In this document: positions 9,173-19,695 of the stretch, piece after piece
How positions within the stretch are numbered: position 1 is the stretch's first letter
Layout: each line of letters starts with the position of its first letter
Translations under genes and position numbers: made by a program
The notes under the pieces: generated by a model
Told to the model about the DNA's origin: nothing
The model's input: the letters and a program-made list of their open reading frames with translations, nothing else
Database searches by the model: none
Assembly (NCBI GenBank): GCA_965228895.1
Contig: OZ245842.1
Coordinates: forward strand, 1,280,001 to 1,344,000
Length of the DNA stretch: 64,000 nucleotides
Reading direction: 5' to 3'
From: Alphaproteobacteria bacterium
GTDB lineage: Bacteria > Pseudomonadota > Alphaproteobacteria > SP197

Positions 9173-9201
9173 GAAAGCCGGACGGAGACCGCCCGGCTTT
9201 C
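9173..9201 (-). terminator. Stem-loop between phnD and phnE (mRNA stabiliser or partial terminator)
   Basis: GAAAGCCGGGCGG-TCT-CCGTCCGGCTTTC on the minus strand. Confidence 0.6.
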
Positions 9202-9215
9202 CCTTAGGCGTTGGC

Positions 9216-10127
9216 TTATCCGCCGATCTTCTTTTCTCGCGCCGCCACGATGCTCTCGTAGAAGGTATGGTCGGTCGGGATGATGTCCTGGATCTCGCCG
9301 CCCATCACGCCATAGGCGCAATCGGGGTCGTTCTCCGGCAGATCGGCCATCAGCGCCGTGACTCGATCCTTAACGTCCTGGGGCAGCTCCGTACGGACGA
9401 CGACCGGACCGTTCGGGATTTCCTTGGAGCGCCAGATCTCGGTCATTTCGGTCATGTCGACCAGGCCGGAATCGACGGCCTTGCGGAACGCGCCGTTGTT
9501 GAAGCCTTTCTCCCAGTCGCCCTGGCCGTCGGCCCAGGAGACGCCGGCGTCATAGTCGCCGTTGAAGACGCCGATGATGGTCTGCTCATGACCGCCGGCA
9601 AAGGCGATCTGACCGAAGTACTCACCGTCTTCCATGGAATAGCCGGATTGCGGGATCTCGATCGAAGGGATCAGGTAACCGGACGTCGAGTTGGGATCGC
9701 CGAACGCGAAGACCTTGCCTTCCATTTCTTCCAGCGAATCGATGTCTGAATCGATGCGCGCGAAACCAATTGAATAATAACCCGTGGTGCCATCCGGATT
9801 GACGGGGACCAGGACCGGCGTCACGGAGTCGGGATCTTCCAGATAGGCCTTGGCATAGCCGGAGGCACCAAGCCAGGCGAGGTCCAGGTTGCCGCCGATC
9901 AGGCCTTCGATGACGCCGTCATAATCCGCCGGCGCAAACAACTCGGTGGGAACGCCAAGTTCTTCCTCGACGGCGATGCGCAGGCACTCGTTGCTGCGCA
10001 GGCGGTCGTTCTGGTTCTCACCGCCCAGAATGCCAATGCGGAACTCGGTGATCGCCTCCTGTGCCAATGCCGGGGAAACGATGGTCGCGGCAAGGGCGGC
10101 GGCTGCCAGTGTGTGCATGATCTTCAT
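9216..10127 (-). CDS. phnD: Phosphonate ABC transporter substrate-binding protein PhnD
   Basis: Signal peptide ending PALAQ, FRIGILGGEN, DYDGVI, DPNSTSGYLIP, GGHE; AAGGAG RBS before ATG 10127. Confidence 0.93.
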   Translation of the reverse strand: MKIMHTLAAAALAATIVSPALAQEAITEFRIGILGGENQNDRLRSNECLRIAVEEELGVPTELFAPADYDGVIEGLIGGNLDLAWLGASGYAKAYLEDPDSVTPVLVPVNPDGTTGYYSIGFARIDSDIDSLEEMEGKVFAFGDPNSTSGYLIPSIEIPQSGYSMEDGEYFGQIAFAGGHEQTIIGVFNGDYDAGVSWADGQGDWEKGFNNGAFRKAVDSGLVDMTEMTEIWRSKEIPNGPVVVRTELPQDVKDRVTALMADLPENDPDCAYGVMGGEIQDIIPTDHTFYESIVAAREKKIGG

Positions 10128-10170
10128 GACTGTCTCCTTGATCGTGGTGGATGGGTTGTTGTTGATGCTG

Positions 10171-11049
10171 CTAAACCGCGATGGCTGCCGGTTGTTCGTG
10201 GTCAACGATCCCTGGCTGCGCAACGCTCGTCGGCGGCAGGGACGTTGATGTCGTGGCTTCGTCAAACTCCTTGCCGGCGCCATAGATCTCGCGCGCGGCG
10301 TCGACGGTCAGCTCGTCGGCGGTGCCGTCGAACACGATACGGCCGGCGCTCATGCCGATGATGCGGTTGCAGTAGGTCCGGGCCGTATCCAGCGTATGCA
10401 GATTGCAGATGACGGTGATGCCTTCTTCTTCGTTGATCCGGCGCAGCGCTTCCATGACGTGCTTGGCATTAAGCGGATCGAGCGAGGCAATCGGTTCGTC
10501 GGCCAAGATGATCTCAGGCTCTTGCACCAGCGCGCGCGCGATGGCCACGCGTTGCTGCTGGCCACCCGATAGCGTGCCGGCTTTTTGCAGGGCCGTATCG
10601 ACAATGCCGAGACGCTCCAGGGCCAAGAGGGCCAGGCGCCGATCATCGTCGGAGAACAGGGAGAAAACGGTTCTGAGCGTACCCAGCTTGCTGATGCGCC
10701 CCAGCATGACGTTGGTTAGAACATCCAGGCGAGGCACCAGGTTGAACTGCTGAAAGATCATCGCGCAGCGGCTTCGCCAGTCCAACAGGCTGGAGCCGCG
10801 CAACGCGCTGACATCGATGTCGCGAAACGTGATGCGACCCTCTGTCGGGTCGGTCAGGCGATTGGTGAGGCGAAGCAGAGTCGACTTACCGGCGCCAGAG
10901 CGACCGATGATGCCAAGCATCTGCCCTTCGGGCACCTGAAGCGTGACATCGTTGACGGCCTTGACGTCACCGAACGCTTTGGTGATCGAGGTATACGTGA
11001 GGGCCGACATAACGTCATCGGCAGCCCGACCATTGCCGCTTGGTCCCAT
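10171..11049 (-). CDS. phnC: Phosphonate ABC transporter ATP-binding protein PhnC
   Basis: [38 protein letters not shown]. Confidence 0.93.
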   Translation of the reverse strand: MGPSGNGRAADDVMSALTYTSITKAFGDVKAVNDVTLQVPEGQMLGIIGRSGAGKSTLLRLTNRLTDPTEGRITFRDIDVSALRGSSLLDWRSRCAMIFQQFNLVPRLDVLTNVMLGRISKLGTLRTVFSLFSDDDRRLALLALERLGIVDTALQKAGTLSGGQQQRVAIARALVQEPEIILADEPIASLDPLNAKHVMEALRRINEEEGITVICNLHTLDTARTYCNRIIGMSAGRIVFDGTADELTVDAAREIYGAGKEFDEATTSTSLPPTSVAQPGIVDHEQPAAIAV

Positions 11050-11145
11050 GAACTCCCCCTGTCACGTTGTGTCGGCTGCCCGTCCGCTTCTCGCGTTTCG
11101 ATTGGCATCCGCGCCCGTGTCAGGGGTCAGCTATAGTCGAGGGCC

Positions 11146-11174
11146 ATGACGTTTTGTTAAGGGGTTTGTGACAG
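11146..11174 (-). promoter_or_regulatory. Candidate Pho box upstream of phnC
   Basis: CTGTCAC...ACGTCAT, 22 bp apart (two 11-bp periods) with a degenerate middle unit. Confidence 0.55.
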
Positions 11175-11223
11175 AGATATGCACGATTTGATTCGCTCCA
11201 CCGATCGACAATCAGCGGTCGAA

Positions 11224-11237
11224 GTGGTCTAGACGAC
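11224..11237. promoter_or_regulatory. Candidate PhnF operator upstream of phnC
   Basis: GTGGTCTAGACGAC, with a HutC-type GTCTAGAC core. Confidence 0.55.
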
Positions 11238-11268
11238 CCCAACCTAAACGTATGAAACGGCGAGATTT

Positions 11269-12417
11269 CTAGTAAGCCTGTCGCCCGCAGGTCCAAACGG
11301 TGATCGCGGCGGGAAGGTCGTCAACGACACGAACACGAACCAGATCCGCGCGCTGACCGGGCGCGATCTCGCCGCGGTCGTCCAGGCCGACCACGCGGGC
11401 CGGTTTGCACGACGCAAGCGCGACGGCCGTGGGCAGATCATATCCGAAATCGGATGCCGTCAGCCGAAACACACCCGACAGCATGCTCGACATGATGTAG
11501 TCGGACATAAGCGCGTCCAGAAGACCGAGCCGGGCAAGTTCGCCGGTTGCGACATTGCCGAAATGGGAGCCGCCGCGTACGAGATTGGGGCCACCCATCA
11601 ACACCGCCATGCCGTTTTCATGGGCCGCGCGCGCCGCAGCTTCTGTGGTCGGGAATTCCGCGATCTCGATACCCAGTTCGAGCGCCTCAGTCACGTGCTC
11701 CGTCGTCTCATCGTCGTGGCTGGCGACGACACGGCCGTGATCGTGCGCCATGGCCGAGACCGACTTGCGCATTCCAGGCGCGACAGTCTTGGAGCGCTCC
11801 ATCATCTCTTCGATTTCGCGGTCCGCCTCTTCTTCGGACATGCCGCGCGTGCCAATCAGCCACGTGTTGCGGTAGTAATCGATCTCCTTCATCTGACGGT
11901 GGCCCGGCGCGTGGTCCATGACGGAAATCAGCCGCACCAGCGGGTCGGCGATGCGCGGCTCCAGCAGGTTGACGACTTCGGGGTCGGTGACTTCGCAGCG
12001 CAGATGGACAAGGTGCTCTGCCCGCAGCAGTCCGTGCCGTCGGGCCTCGGCCAATCCCATCATCATCTGGGTCAGACTCTCGTTCTGCGCCGGGCGTGTC
12101 ACGCTGTCACCGACGCACAACGCGTCGAACACGGTCGTGATGCCGGCCGCAATCACCGTGGCGTCATGGGAAACCGCCGCGCTGATCGGGTTCCATTTAA
12201 CACCCTTGCGCGGTTCCAGGTGGCCTTCCAGGCTATCGGTATGCAGGTCGACCAAGCCTGGAATGAGGAAATCACCTTCCAGGTCGATCGAGGCTGCGCC
12301 ATTCGCGCGTCCCTCGTCGACCGAGGCGATGATGCCATCGGTGATCTGGACGGTGCCCGACACGACTTGGTCGGGCAGCACCATGCGGGCGTTGGTTAGG
12401 ACGGTGTCATAACTCAT
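11269..12417 (-). CDS. phnM: Alpha-D-ribose 1-methylphosphonate 5-triphosphate diphosphatase PhnM
   Basis: [41 protein letters not shown]. Confidence 0.93.
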   Translation of the reverse strand: MSYDTVLTNARMVLPDQVVSGTVQITDGIIASVDEGRANGAASIDLEGDFLIPGLVDLHTDSLEGHLEPRKGVKWNPISAAVSHDATVIAAGITTVFDALCVGDSVTRPAQNESLTQMMMGLAEARRHGLLRAEHLVHLRCEVTDPEVVNLLEPRIADPLVRLISVMDHAPGHRQMKEIDYYRNTWLIGTRGMSEEEADREIEEMMERSKTVAPGMRKSVSAMAHDHGRVVASHDDETTEHVTEALELGIEIAEFPTTEAAARAAHENGMAVLMGGPNLVRGGSHFGNVATGELARLGLLDALMSDYIMSSMLSGVFRLTASDFGYDLPTAVALASCKPARVVGLDDRGEIAPGQRADLVRVRVVDDLPAAITVWTCGRQAY

Positions 12418-13112
12418 GCTGCCGACCGGTGTTCGCGGAGATCAAAGACGCGATCGGCGACTTTTTCACGAACCTGGCGGTCATGAAAGATGCCGACGAT
12501 GGCGGCGCCACGATCGCGCGCTTCGCCAATCAAACTCAGAACCGCGTCCCGGTTGTCGGCATCCAGCGACGCCGTCGGCTCGTCCAGCAGCAGGATCGGA
12601 TAGTCGACCGCAAAACCGCGCGCGATGTTGATGCGCTGCTGTTCGCCGCCCGAGAACGTCGCCGGCGCCAAGTCGTGAAGCTCTTCGGGTATGTTGAGGC
12701 GATTGAGCAGGCTGCGTGCGCGCGCGACGGCCTGGTCCGGCGGATGCCCCAGGGCACGGGCGGGCTCGGCAACGATCTCCAGGCTTGAAACCCGCGGTAT
12801 GGCGCGCAGGAACTGGCTGACATAGCCGACGGTCTCGCGCCGAATCTCCAGGATCTCGCGTGGTTCGGCGGTTACCAGATCGACCATGGTGTCGCGGTGA
12901 CGCACCATGACCTTGCCGCCGTCCGGCAGGTAATTGCCGTAGAGCGAACGTAACAGCGTCGACTTGCCGGCGCCGGACGGGCCGTGCAGCGCCACGCATT
13001 CGCCTGCGTTGATGTCAAAGGCCAGATCGTTCAGCACGGGGATGTGGGTGCCAGCCTGGAGATGGAGGACGAAGGTTTTCGCGAGATCCTCGACGTGGAT
13101 CATGGTCGTCAT
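12414..13112 (-). CDS. phnL: C-P lyase system protein PhnL
   Basis: [43 protein letters not shown]. Confidence 0.95.
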   Translation of the reverse strand: MTTMIHVEDLAKTFVLHLQAGTHIPVLNDLAFDINAGECVALHGPSGAGKSTLLRSLYGNYLPDGGKVMVRHRDTMVDLVTAEPREILEIRRETVGYVSQFLRAIPRVSSLEIVAEPARALGHPPDQAVARARSLLNRLNIPEELHDLAPATFSGGEQQRINIARGFAVDYPILLLDEPTASLDADNRDAVLSLIGEARDRGAAIVGIFHDRQVREKVADRVFDLREHRSAA

Positions 13113-13124
13113 GGGCTGTCTCCC

Positions 13125-13913
13125 TTATGCCTGCAGCACCGATGAAACGAGCAGTTGCGTATAGGGATGGTGGGGATCGTCGAGCACCTGGTCGGTCAGG
13201 CCATGCTCGACGGCTTCACCATCCTTCATGACCATCAGGCGATCGGCGAGCAGCCGCGCGACAGCCAGATCGTGGGTGACGATGACGGCGGAGATCCCGG
13301 TGTCGCGCACCAGTCCGCGCAACAGATCGAGCAGGCGGGCCTGGACCGAAACATCAAGGCCGCCGGTCGGTTCGTCCATGAAGACCAGACGTGGCTTGAC
13401 GACCAGGGTCTTGGCGATCTGCAGGCGCTGCTGCATGCCGCCGGAAAAGGTGGCGGGCACATCATCGATACGCCCGGGGTCCATTTCCACACGGCCAAGC
13501 CAGTCGTTTGCCGCGGCGCGGATGTCACCATAGTGGCGGGCACCGTTCATCATCAGCCGTTCGCCGACATTGCCGCCGGCGCTGATTGTCATGCGCAGAG
13601 CATCGCGCGGGTTCTGGGTTACGAAACCCCAATCCGTGCGCATCAGCATGCGCCGCTCGGGTTCCGACAGCGTGTAGATATCGGCAAGACCGCGATCGCG
13701 CGTCTCGTAGCGCACGCGCCCGGCGCTAGGCTGCAGCCGGCCCGCCAGGCAGTGCAGCAAGGTCGTCTTGCCAGACCCCGACTCGCCGACAACCCCCAAC
13801 ACCTCGCCGGGATAAAGGTGGAAGCTCACGTCGTCGCAGGCGGTGATCCGGCCGAAGCGTTGGGTTAGACCCTCGACGCTTAAAAGCGGCGAACTGTCGA
13901 TCGAGCCGTTCAT
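13125..13913 (-). CDS. phnK: C-P lyase system protein PhnK
   Basis: RTDWGFV, SAGGNVGERL, FSGGMQQRLQIA, GLTDQVLDDP. Confidence 0.95.
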   Translation of the reverse strand: MNGSIDSSPLLSVEGLTQRFGRITACDDVSFHLYPGEVLGVVGESGSGKTTLLHCLAGRLQPSAGRVRYETRDRGLADIYTLSEPERRMLMRTDWGFVTQNPRDALRMTISAGGNVGERLMMNGARHYGDIRAAANDWLGRVEMDPGRIDDVPATFSGGMQQRLQIAKTLVVKPRLVFMDEPTGGLDVSVQARLLDLLRGLVRDTGISAVIVTHDLAVARLLADRLMVMKDGEAVEHGLTDQVLDDPHHPYTQLLVSSVLQA

Positions 13914-14812
13914 AGCGCGGCCTCCGGCGCGTCGTCAGCCTGGGGCCCGACATGGCCGTTATCACGCCGGCGCCGGCAATAGTCGCTGTCGGAGCAAACG
14001 AACATCCGCCCGCCCTGGTCGTCCAGGATGACCTCATCCAGAAAGCTGTCTTCGGCGCCGCACAGGCCGCAGACGTCGTCCCAGCGTTGCACATCGAACG
14101 GATGATCATCGAAATCGAGACTCTTGACTTCGGTATAGGGCGGGATGGCGTAGAGCCGTTTCTCGCGACCGGCACCGAACAGTTGGAGCGCCGGCATACG
14201 CTTCATTTTCGGATTGTCGAACTTGGGGATAGGGGAAGGTGCCATTAAGTAGCGACCATCGACCATGACCGGGTAGTCATAGGTGATCGCGATATGACCC
14301 CAACGCGCGACTTCTTCGTAAAGTCTGACATGCATGACGCCGTACTCTGACCAGGCATGCATCTTCCGGCATTCGGCTTCGCGTGGTTCAAGCGGCCGCA
14401 AGGGCTCAGGGATAGGCACCTGGTAGACGATGATCTGATCGTCGGTGAGCGTCATTTCCGGTATCCGGTGGCGGGTCTGGATGATACTCGCCTTGTCCGT
14501 TTCTTCGGTCGTCTCAACCCCGGCAACACGCGCAAAGAAGCGGCGGATGCTGACCGCGTTGGTCGTGTCGTCGGCGCCTTGATCGATCACCTTCAACGTG
14601 TCGTCGGGGCCAACGATGCTGGCCGTGACCTGAATGCCGCCGGTGCCCCAACCATAGGGCAGGGGCATCTCGCGGCTGCCGAACGGGACCTGATAACCGG
14701 GAATGGCGACGGCCTTGAGCAGACCGCGACGGATCATCCGCTTCGTCTGTTCGTCCAGGTAACCGAAGTTGTAGGCGCCGTCGGTGTCGGACGCGGTTTG
14801 CGGCTGGCTCAT
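13910..14812 (-). CDS. phnJ: C-P lyase PhnJ
   Basis: YNFGYLDEQTKRMIRR, PGYQVPF, GWGTGG, and CGLC...FVCSDSDYC with all four Cys present. Confidence 0.97.
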   Translation of the reverse strand: MSQPQTASDTDGAYNFGYLDEQTKRMIRRGLLKAVAIPGYQVPFGSREMPLPYGWGTGGIQVTASIVGPDDTLKVIDQGADDTTNAVSIRRFFARVAGVETTEETDKASIIQTRHRIPEMTLTDDQIIVYQVPIPEPLRPLEPREAECRKMHAWSEYGVMHVRLYEEVARWGHIAITYDYPVMVDGRYLMAPSPIPKFDNPKMKRMPALQLFGAGREKRLYAIPPYTEVKSLDFDDHPFDVQRWDDVCGLCGAEDSFLDEVILDDQGGRMFVCSDSDYCRRRRDNGHVGPQADDAPEAAL

Positions 14813-15915
14813 TCTGCTGCCTCTTGCTCAGGCGCGTTGGCGGCTTGTTCGCGCTCGCGGCGTAGGCGACGCACCAGCTCCAGCTCCGACTGGAAGTCGA
14901 CGTAATGGGGCAGCTTCAGATGTTGGACGAAGCCGGAGGCCTCCACGTTGTCGGCGTGATAGAGCACAAACTCCTGATTCTGAGCGGGATATCCGACTTC
15001 CTCACCCAGTTCTTCGGCGCGCAAGGCGCGATCGACCAGGGCCATTGCCATCGACTTTCGTTCGGCTTGGCCGAAGGACAAACCGTAGCCGCGCGTAAAC
15101 TGCGGCATGTGTTCCTCGTCGCCCTGGAACTGGTTGACCAGTTCGCACTCGGTCACCGTGATCTCGCCCATATCGATCGGAAAGTCGAGCTCATCGGGTG
15201 TCAGTTCGATCGACACCTCGCCCATGCGGATCTCGCCGGCAAACGGATGGGTACCGCCGAAGCCGCGCTGGGTCGAGTAACCGAGCGCCAGGAGAAAACC
15301 CTCATCGCCGCGCGCCAGGTTCTGCAGGCGCACGTCGCGGTCAGCGGGAAAGCGCATGGGATCGCGGGTGATGTCGCCGATGTCACCGGCGTCTTCTCCG
15401 TCGTCGACCGGTTCGATCAGGCCCTCATGACCAAGAATGTCGCTGACCCGTGGCATCGAATCGTCCTGGTGACCGCATGCGGCATAGGCCGTCGGCCGTT
15501 CTGCGTCGGTATCCAGCAGCTCGAAGTCCAGCAGGCGGTGCGTGTAGTCATAGGTCGGGCCCAGCACCTGGCCGCCCGGCAGGTCCTTGAACGTTGCGGA
15601 GATGCGGCGGCGGACATCCATGGCGCCCGTGTCGATCGGTTGGGTGGCGGCGAAACGCGGCAGGGTCGTGCGATAGGCGCGCAGCAGGAAGATCGCCTCG
15701 ACGAGGTCGCCTTGGGCTTGTTTGATCGCAAGCGCGGCGAGTTCGCGGTCATAAAGCGAACCCTCCGTCATCACGCGATCGACCGCATGGCCAAGCTGAT
15801 TGGCGATCTGATCGACGCCGATTTCCGGGATATCCCGGTCGCCGCGCCTTTCCTCGGCCAACAGGTTATGCGCATTGCTGATAGCGGTCTCGCCGCCCTT
15901 GACGGCTACGTACAT
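14809..15915 (-). CDS. phnI: C-P lyase complex subunit PhnI
   Basis: Starts MYVAVKGGE; RRISATFKDLPGGQ; HLKLPHYVDFQ. Confidence 0.97.
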   Translation of the reverse strand: MYVAVKGGETAISNAHNLLAEERRGDRDIPEIGVDQIANQLGHAVDRVMTEGSLYDRELAALAIKQAQGDLVEAIFLLRAYRTTLPRFAATQPIDTGAMDVRRRISATFKDLPGGQVLGPTYDYTHRLLDFELLDTDAERPTAYAACGHQDDSMPRVSDILGHEGLIEPVDDGEDAGDIGDITRDPMRFPADRDVRLQNLARGDEGFLLALGYSTQRGFGGTHPFAGEIRMGEVSIELTPDELDFPIDMGEITVTECELVNQFQGDEEHMPQFTRGYGLSFGQAERKSMAMALVDRALRAEELGEEVGYPAQNQEFVLYHADNVEASGFVQHLKLPHYVDFQSELELVRRLRREREQAANAPEQEAAE

Positions 15916-16520
15916 GCGGGAACCTCGGTCTTGGTGGTGCGCGGCAGACAAGTGACGGCATCCCGGCTGCTCAGGATCACGTCGACGCCAAGCGGAAACA
16001 ATGTCCGGTTCATCGCCATCCAATCCCAGAAGTCGTCGGGCAGACTGGTTGGCGTCACGGTTGTGCGCCCGTCAATGCCGGGGCCGCTCAAACCGATGGC
16101 CGGGCCCTCGTCGAGCGCGGGAACCTCGATCACGACGGTCGTCGAACTGTCGGGATAGGTGTCGCTGCCAACGGCAAAGCGGTCGAGGGACGGCATCGCA
16201 GATGGTTCGCCCACAATGGCAAACGCGGCGTCCGCCGGCTCACCGGTGATCGGGCAACCGCAGTGAAAGGCAAGAAAAGACAAGGCCTCGTTGCTGGCGG
16301 CATGGTTATCCAACCAAAGCGGCGTGTCGTGGTCGAACAGCGTCAGGGCGACGGCGGCGGCCGCCAGCGACAGGGGCGGTGGCGCCTCCAGGTTGACGGA
16401 TAGCGGCACAACGGTGCCGGGCCGCGCCATGGCGTCCAGCAGACCACGGAATGTGCGTTGCGCATCAAAGACCGGCTCGGAGAAACCAGGCAAAGGTGCC
16501 TGGGCAAGTTGGTTTGTCAC
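15906..16520 (-). CDS. phnH: C-P lyase system protein PhnH
   Basis: AQRTFR..LDAMARPG, FHCG, YPDSSTT, GPGI, FPLGVD, LPRTT. Confidence 0.95.
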   Translation of the reverse strand: MTNQLAQAPLPGFSEPVFDAQRTFRGLLDAMARPGTVVPLSVNLEAPPPLSLAAAAVALTLFDHDTPLWLDNHAASNEALSFLAFHCGCPITGEPADAAFAIVGEPSAMPSLDRFAVGSDTYPDSSTTVVIEVPALDEGPAIGLSGPGIDGRTTVTPTSLPDDFWDWMAMNRTLFPLGVDVILSSRDAVTCLPRTTKTEVPACT

Positions 16521-16990
16521 GGCCTTTCTCGCCCGGTTGCCATAGTGAAGAAGTCGACCCGGGTGGCGGCTGTCTTGTTGCGCGCCTCCCGCTGTCTTTC
16601 GTCCTGGGCCCGTGCCAAAGGGCGAATGATCGACCGATCGATTTCGTCGTGGCGCTGTGGATCCTGCATCAAGGCATCAATCAGCGCGGCGAGTTCGCAA
16701 TGACGGTGGTCGCGCCCCCGGATGTAAGCGACGCCCATAATGCCGTCGCCGACATTTACGGCACACCGTGTGACCGTCATCTCACCCAGGTTAAAGGGTT
16801 TGCCCGACCCGCCGGCGCGTCCGCGCACCATGGTCATGCCGGTTTCAGGCCGGCGAACCCAGTTGTGCTCGGGTTGTTGTTGAAGGTTGTCCCACGCAGC
16901 CGAAAGCTCGCGGCTGTCGGCCTTGGCAAGGACACTCATCCAGTATCGCCGATCGGCTTGGGCCTCGGTCATTTCAGGTGCTGTGCTCAT
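16517..16990 (-). CDS. phnG: C-P lyase system protein PhnG
   Basis: WMSVLA, PETGMTMVRGRAGG, FNLGEMTVTRC, TRVDFFT; start placed at MSTAPE. Confidence 0.95.
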   Translation of the reverse strand: MSTAPEMTEAQADRRYWMSVLAKADSRELSAAWDNLQQQPEHNWVRRPETGMTMVRGRAGGSGKPFNLGEMTVTRCAVNVGDGIMGVAYIRGRDHRHCELAALIDALMQDPQRHDEIDRSIIRPLARAQDERQREARNKTAATRVDFFTMATGRERP

Positions 16991-17008
16991 CGCTGTCGCG
17001 CCAAATTC

Positions 17009-17024
17009 ATCTAGACGTCTATAT
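17009..17024. promoter_or_regulatory. Candidate PhnF operator upstream of phnG
   Basis: ATCTA-GACGTC-TATAT, with the same 5-6-5 layout as 5059-5074. Confidence 0.55.
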
Positions 17025-17052
17025 AAACTGATACGATCATCGGCACAATCGA

Positions 17053-17868
17053 TTACATGATCTTTCGCCGTAACCAGGCGCTCAGTTGCTCGACAACCAG
17101 AACCAGGACAAAGATGCTGAGAATGATGGTGGCGGCCTGTCCGTAGGCGAACATGTCCATGGCGACTTTCAGTTCGATGCCGATGCCGCCGGCGCCGACC
17201 AGGCCGAGCACCACCGACGATCGTGTTGCCTTCTCCAGGCTGAACAAGGACGTGTTGACGAAGGACGGCATGGCGGCGGGCAGCACGGCGCAAAAGACGG
17301 TGCCGGTCCGGCTAGCGCCGCTGCCGCGCAAGGCCTCCTGTGGGCCGTCATCGACCTCTTCCATGGCCTCGGCGAAGAAACGGCCGCAGAAACCTATCGT
17401 GTCGATCATGATCGCGAGCGTGCCGGCGAACGGACCGAGTCCGACGGCGATGACGAAGAACAGGGCCCACACGAGGTCGGGCACCGTGCGGAACAGGGAG
17501 ATCAGGCTGCGCACCGCCAGATAGACAACTCGGTTCGGTGTCTGACGGCGCGAGGCAAGAATCGCAAGCGGCACGCTGAGCGCGACGCCGAGGACCGTGC
17601 CGACCACCGCCATCTGGAATGTTTCGAGCAACGACCAGCCGATCGATCCGAGACGTGAGATGTCCGGCGGCATCATGCTCATGAACATGCGGGCCATGCC
17701 GGGAACGCCGTCGATCAGCTCGCTGAACGACAAACCGACATCGTTCATGGACACCAGGACAAAGGCGGCGACCAGAACGAGCAAGACGAAGGTAAGCGGG
17801 TTGGGGCGGGTGAACCGGCGCGGCATGGCCTGACGCGAAGGCGACACGGCGGTGAGACCGTCAGCCAT
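17053..17868 (-). CDS. Second PhnE/PtxC-type ABC permease
   Basis: RTVPDLVWAL, GRFFAEAMEE, LEKATRSSVVLGLVGAGGIG. Confidence 0.88.
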   Translation of the reverse strand: MADGLTAVSPSRQAMPRRFTRPNPLTFVLLVLVAAFVLVSMNDVGLSFSELIDGVPGMARMFMSMMPPDISRLGSIGWSLLETFQMAVVGTVLGVALSVPLAILASRRQTPNRVVYLAVRSLISLFRTVPDLVWALFFVIAVGLGPFAGTLAIMIDTIGFCGRFFAEAMEEVDDGPQEALRGSGASRTGTVFCAVLPAAMPSFVNTSLFSLEKATRSSVVLGLVGAGGIGIELKVAMDMFAYGQAATIILSIFVLVLVVEQLSAWLRRKIM

Positions 17869-18679
17869 AGATCGTTTCCAGGTCTTCGGCGCGCTGGCCC
17901 TGGGCCGTACAATCCAATTCCAACCGGCCACCGCGCAGACCGACGATCCTGTCGGCGTAATCGACGGCGTGACGCAGGTTATGGGTGGTGAAAACGAGGG
18001 TCAGGCCCTGGCTGCGCATCAGATCCGACAACAGCGCCATAACTTCTTCGCCGGCGATTGGGTCAAGGCTTGCGACGGGTTCGTCCGCCATGACCAGCTC
18101 GGGCCGCTGCATCAGCATGCGGGCGATCGCGACGCGCTGCGACTGTCCGCCGGAAAGCTGATCGGCGCGCTGTTCGGTGACGTGGGGCAGGCCGACCCGC
18201 TCGAGACACGAATAGGCCTCGCGCCGGAGGTCGGCAGGCGCCACGGCCTGATGCCAGCAGCGCGGCCCGCCACCGCGTCCCAGCGCCCCGTGCAGGACGT
18301 TGGTCAACGAGGTTAGGCGCGGCACCAGGTTATGGCGTTGGAACACGAAGCCGACACGGCTTCGGATCTTTCGCAGTTCACGCGCCTTGGCGCTTGTGGC
18401 GTCGTGCGAAAGAAGACTGATACGACCGCCATCCGGCTCGATCAGCCGCAGACAGCAGCGCAGCATCGTCGATTTGCCGGTGCCGTTGGCGCCGATGACG
18501 GCCAGCGCCTGGCCGCGCGGCACCTGAAGGTCAAGGTTGTCCAGGATCGGGCTGCCGGTACCGAAGCTCTTTGTTAGACCTTTGATGACGAGGTCATCGG
18601 CAACAACGGCGGCGGCCCCGGCCGGTTCGACCGGGACCGCCGTCGATGGTGTGTCCTTGGTAAGGGCAGCCAGTGCCAT
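17861..18679 (-). CDS. Second PhnC-type ABC ATP-binding protein
   Basis: [42 protein letters not shown]. Confidence 0.88.
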   Translation of the reverse strand: MALAALTKDTPSTAVPVEPAGAAAVVADDLVIKGLTKSFGTGSPILDNLDLQVPRGQALAVIGANGTGKSTMLRCCLRLIEPDGGRISLLSHDATSAKARELRKIRSRVGFVFQRHNLVPRLTSLTNVLHGALGRGGGPRCWHQAVAPADLRREAYSCLERVGLPHVTEQRADQLSGGQSQRVAIARMLMQRPELVMADEPVASLDPIAGEEVMALLSDLMRSQGLTLVFTTHNLRHAVDYADRIVGLRGGRLELDCTAQGQRAEDLETIYG

Positions 18680-19554
18680 CAGTTACCCACGAACTCCGCG
18701 TACTCGGGATAACCGATCGTGGCGTAGGCGGCGCGCACGTAGTCGTAGTCGCTGTCGTCGACCTCGGCGATGAACTTCATGCCGGCGTATTTCTGATTGT
18801 CTTCGCCGACCAGGATGGCGGCGACCAGGTCGTCGGAATGCTCGACAAAGGCCGTGCGCAAGACCTCGATAGTGGTCGGATCGACGTGAGCGCCGGCGAC
18901 CAGCAGGTCGTTCGGCAGGTCGGGGCCGCGGCCGATGACCTTGAACGCACCGGGCTCGAACGCCGTCTCACCGGCGCGGATGCCCAGGAACTTGCCGTAG
19001 TTCATGCCGACTGCCGCGATATCGCCGCGCTTCAGCGATTCCCAGGCGATGTTGCGGCTGGTGTGCACGACCTCGACGTCGTCGAGCATGATGCCGTAGT
19101 CGGCCAGCACCTGGGCGGGCGCCAGGTGGTTGGAGGTCGAGCCGACATCGCCGAAGGCGACCTTCTGGCCCACCAGATCGGCCGGGACGTTATAGTCGCT
19201 ATCGGCCATGACGATGATGCCGGAGAAGTAGTCGGGCCGGGAGAAACCGACCACCGGTGTCGCGTTGGCGCGCTTGTTGATCACGACATACTCGGCGGGA
19301 CCGGTCAGCACAAAGTCGACCTTTTCGGCGTTCAACGCCTCGACGGCCGCCGTGCGGCTGTTGACCGGCAGAAACTCGATCTCATGGCCCGTCGCTTCCG
19401 CGAGGGTGTCCCGGAAAGCGCCGAACTCCGTTTGAAGCATTTCCAGGCCGACAATGTCGGTAACGGCCAAACGAATGGTGTCGGCTGCCTGAGCGGCGGT
19501 GGCGAATGTCGCCAGCGCGGCTGCTGCGGCCAATCGGGTGATCCAACGTGTCAT
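18679..19554 (-). CDS. Second phosphate/phosphite/phosphonate-type substrate-binding protein
   Basis: Signal peptide ending AQAA, RLAVTD, TGPAEY, GSTSNHLAP, LPND; very divergent from phnD. Confidence 0.85.
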   Translation of the reverse strand: MTRWITRLAAAAALATFATAAQAADTIRLAVTDIVGLEMLQTEFGAFRDTLAEATGHEIEFLPVNSRTAAVEALNAEKVDFVLTGPAEYVVINKRANATPVVGFSRPDYFSGIIVMADSDYNVPADLVGQKVAFGDVGSTSNHLAPAQVLADYGIMLDDVEVVHTSRNIAWESLKRGDIAAVGMNYGKFLGIRAGETAFEPGAFKVIGRGPDLPNDLLVAGAHVDPTTIEVLRTAFVEHSDDLVAAILVGEDNQKYAGMKFIAEVDDSDYDYVRAAYATIGYPEYAEFVGN

Positions 19555-19614
19555 GGCGATGGTCTCCGTGCCAGAAGGTGAGAAGGGCGCGGCATTGGGG
19601 CCGCACAAAAATTT

Positions 19615-19644
19615 GTCTAGATGAATCTGGCGACAGAACGATGA
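19615..19644 (+). promoter_or_regulatory. GTCTAGATGAAT element, a near-copy (inverted) of the phnG leader
   Basis: Matches the reverse complement of 16987-17016; see findings. Confidence 0.55.
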
Positions 19645-19669
19645 CACGGTTACAAAGGCTTCGTGACGA
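19641..19669 (-). promoter_or_regulatory. Candidate Pho box for the second transporter
   Basis: TCGTCAC...GTGTCAT, 22 bp apart on the minus strand. Confidence 0.45.
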
Positions 19670-19695
19670 ATTGGCGCACCGGCGGTTGTTTAGGT

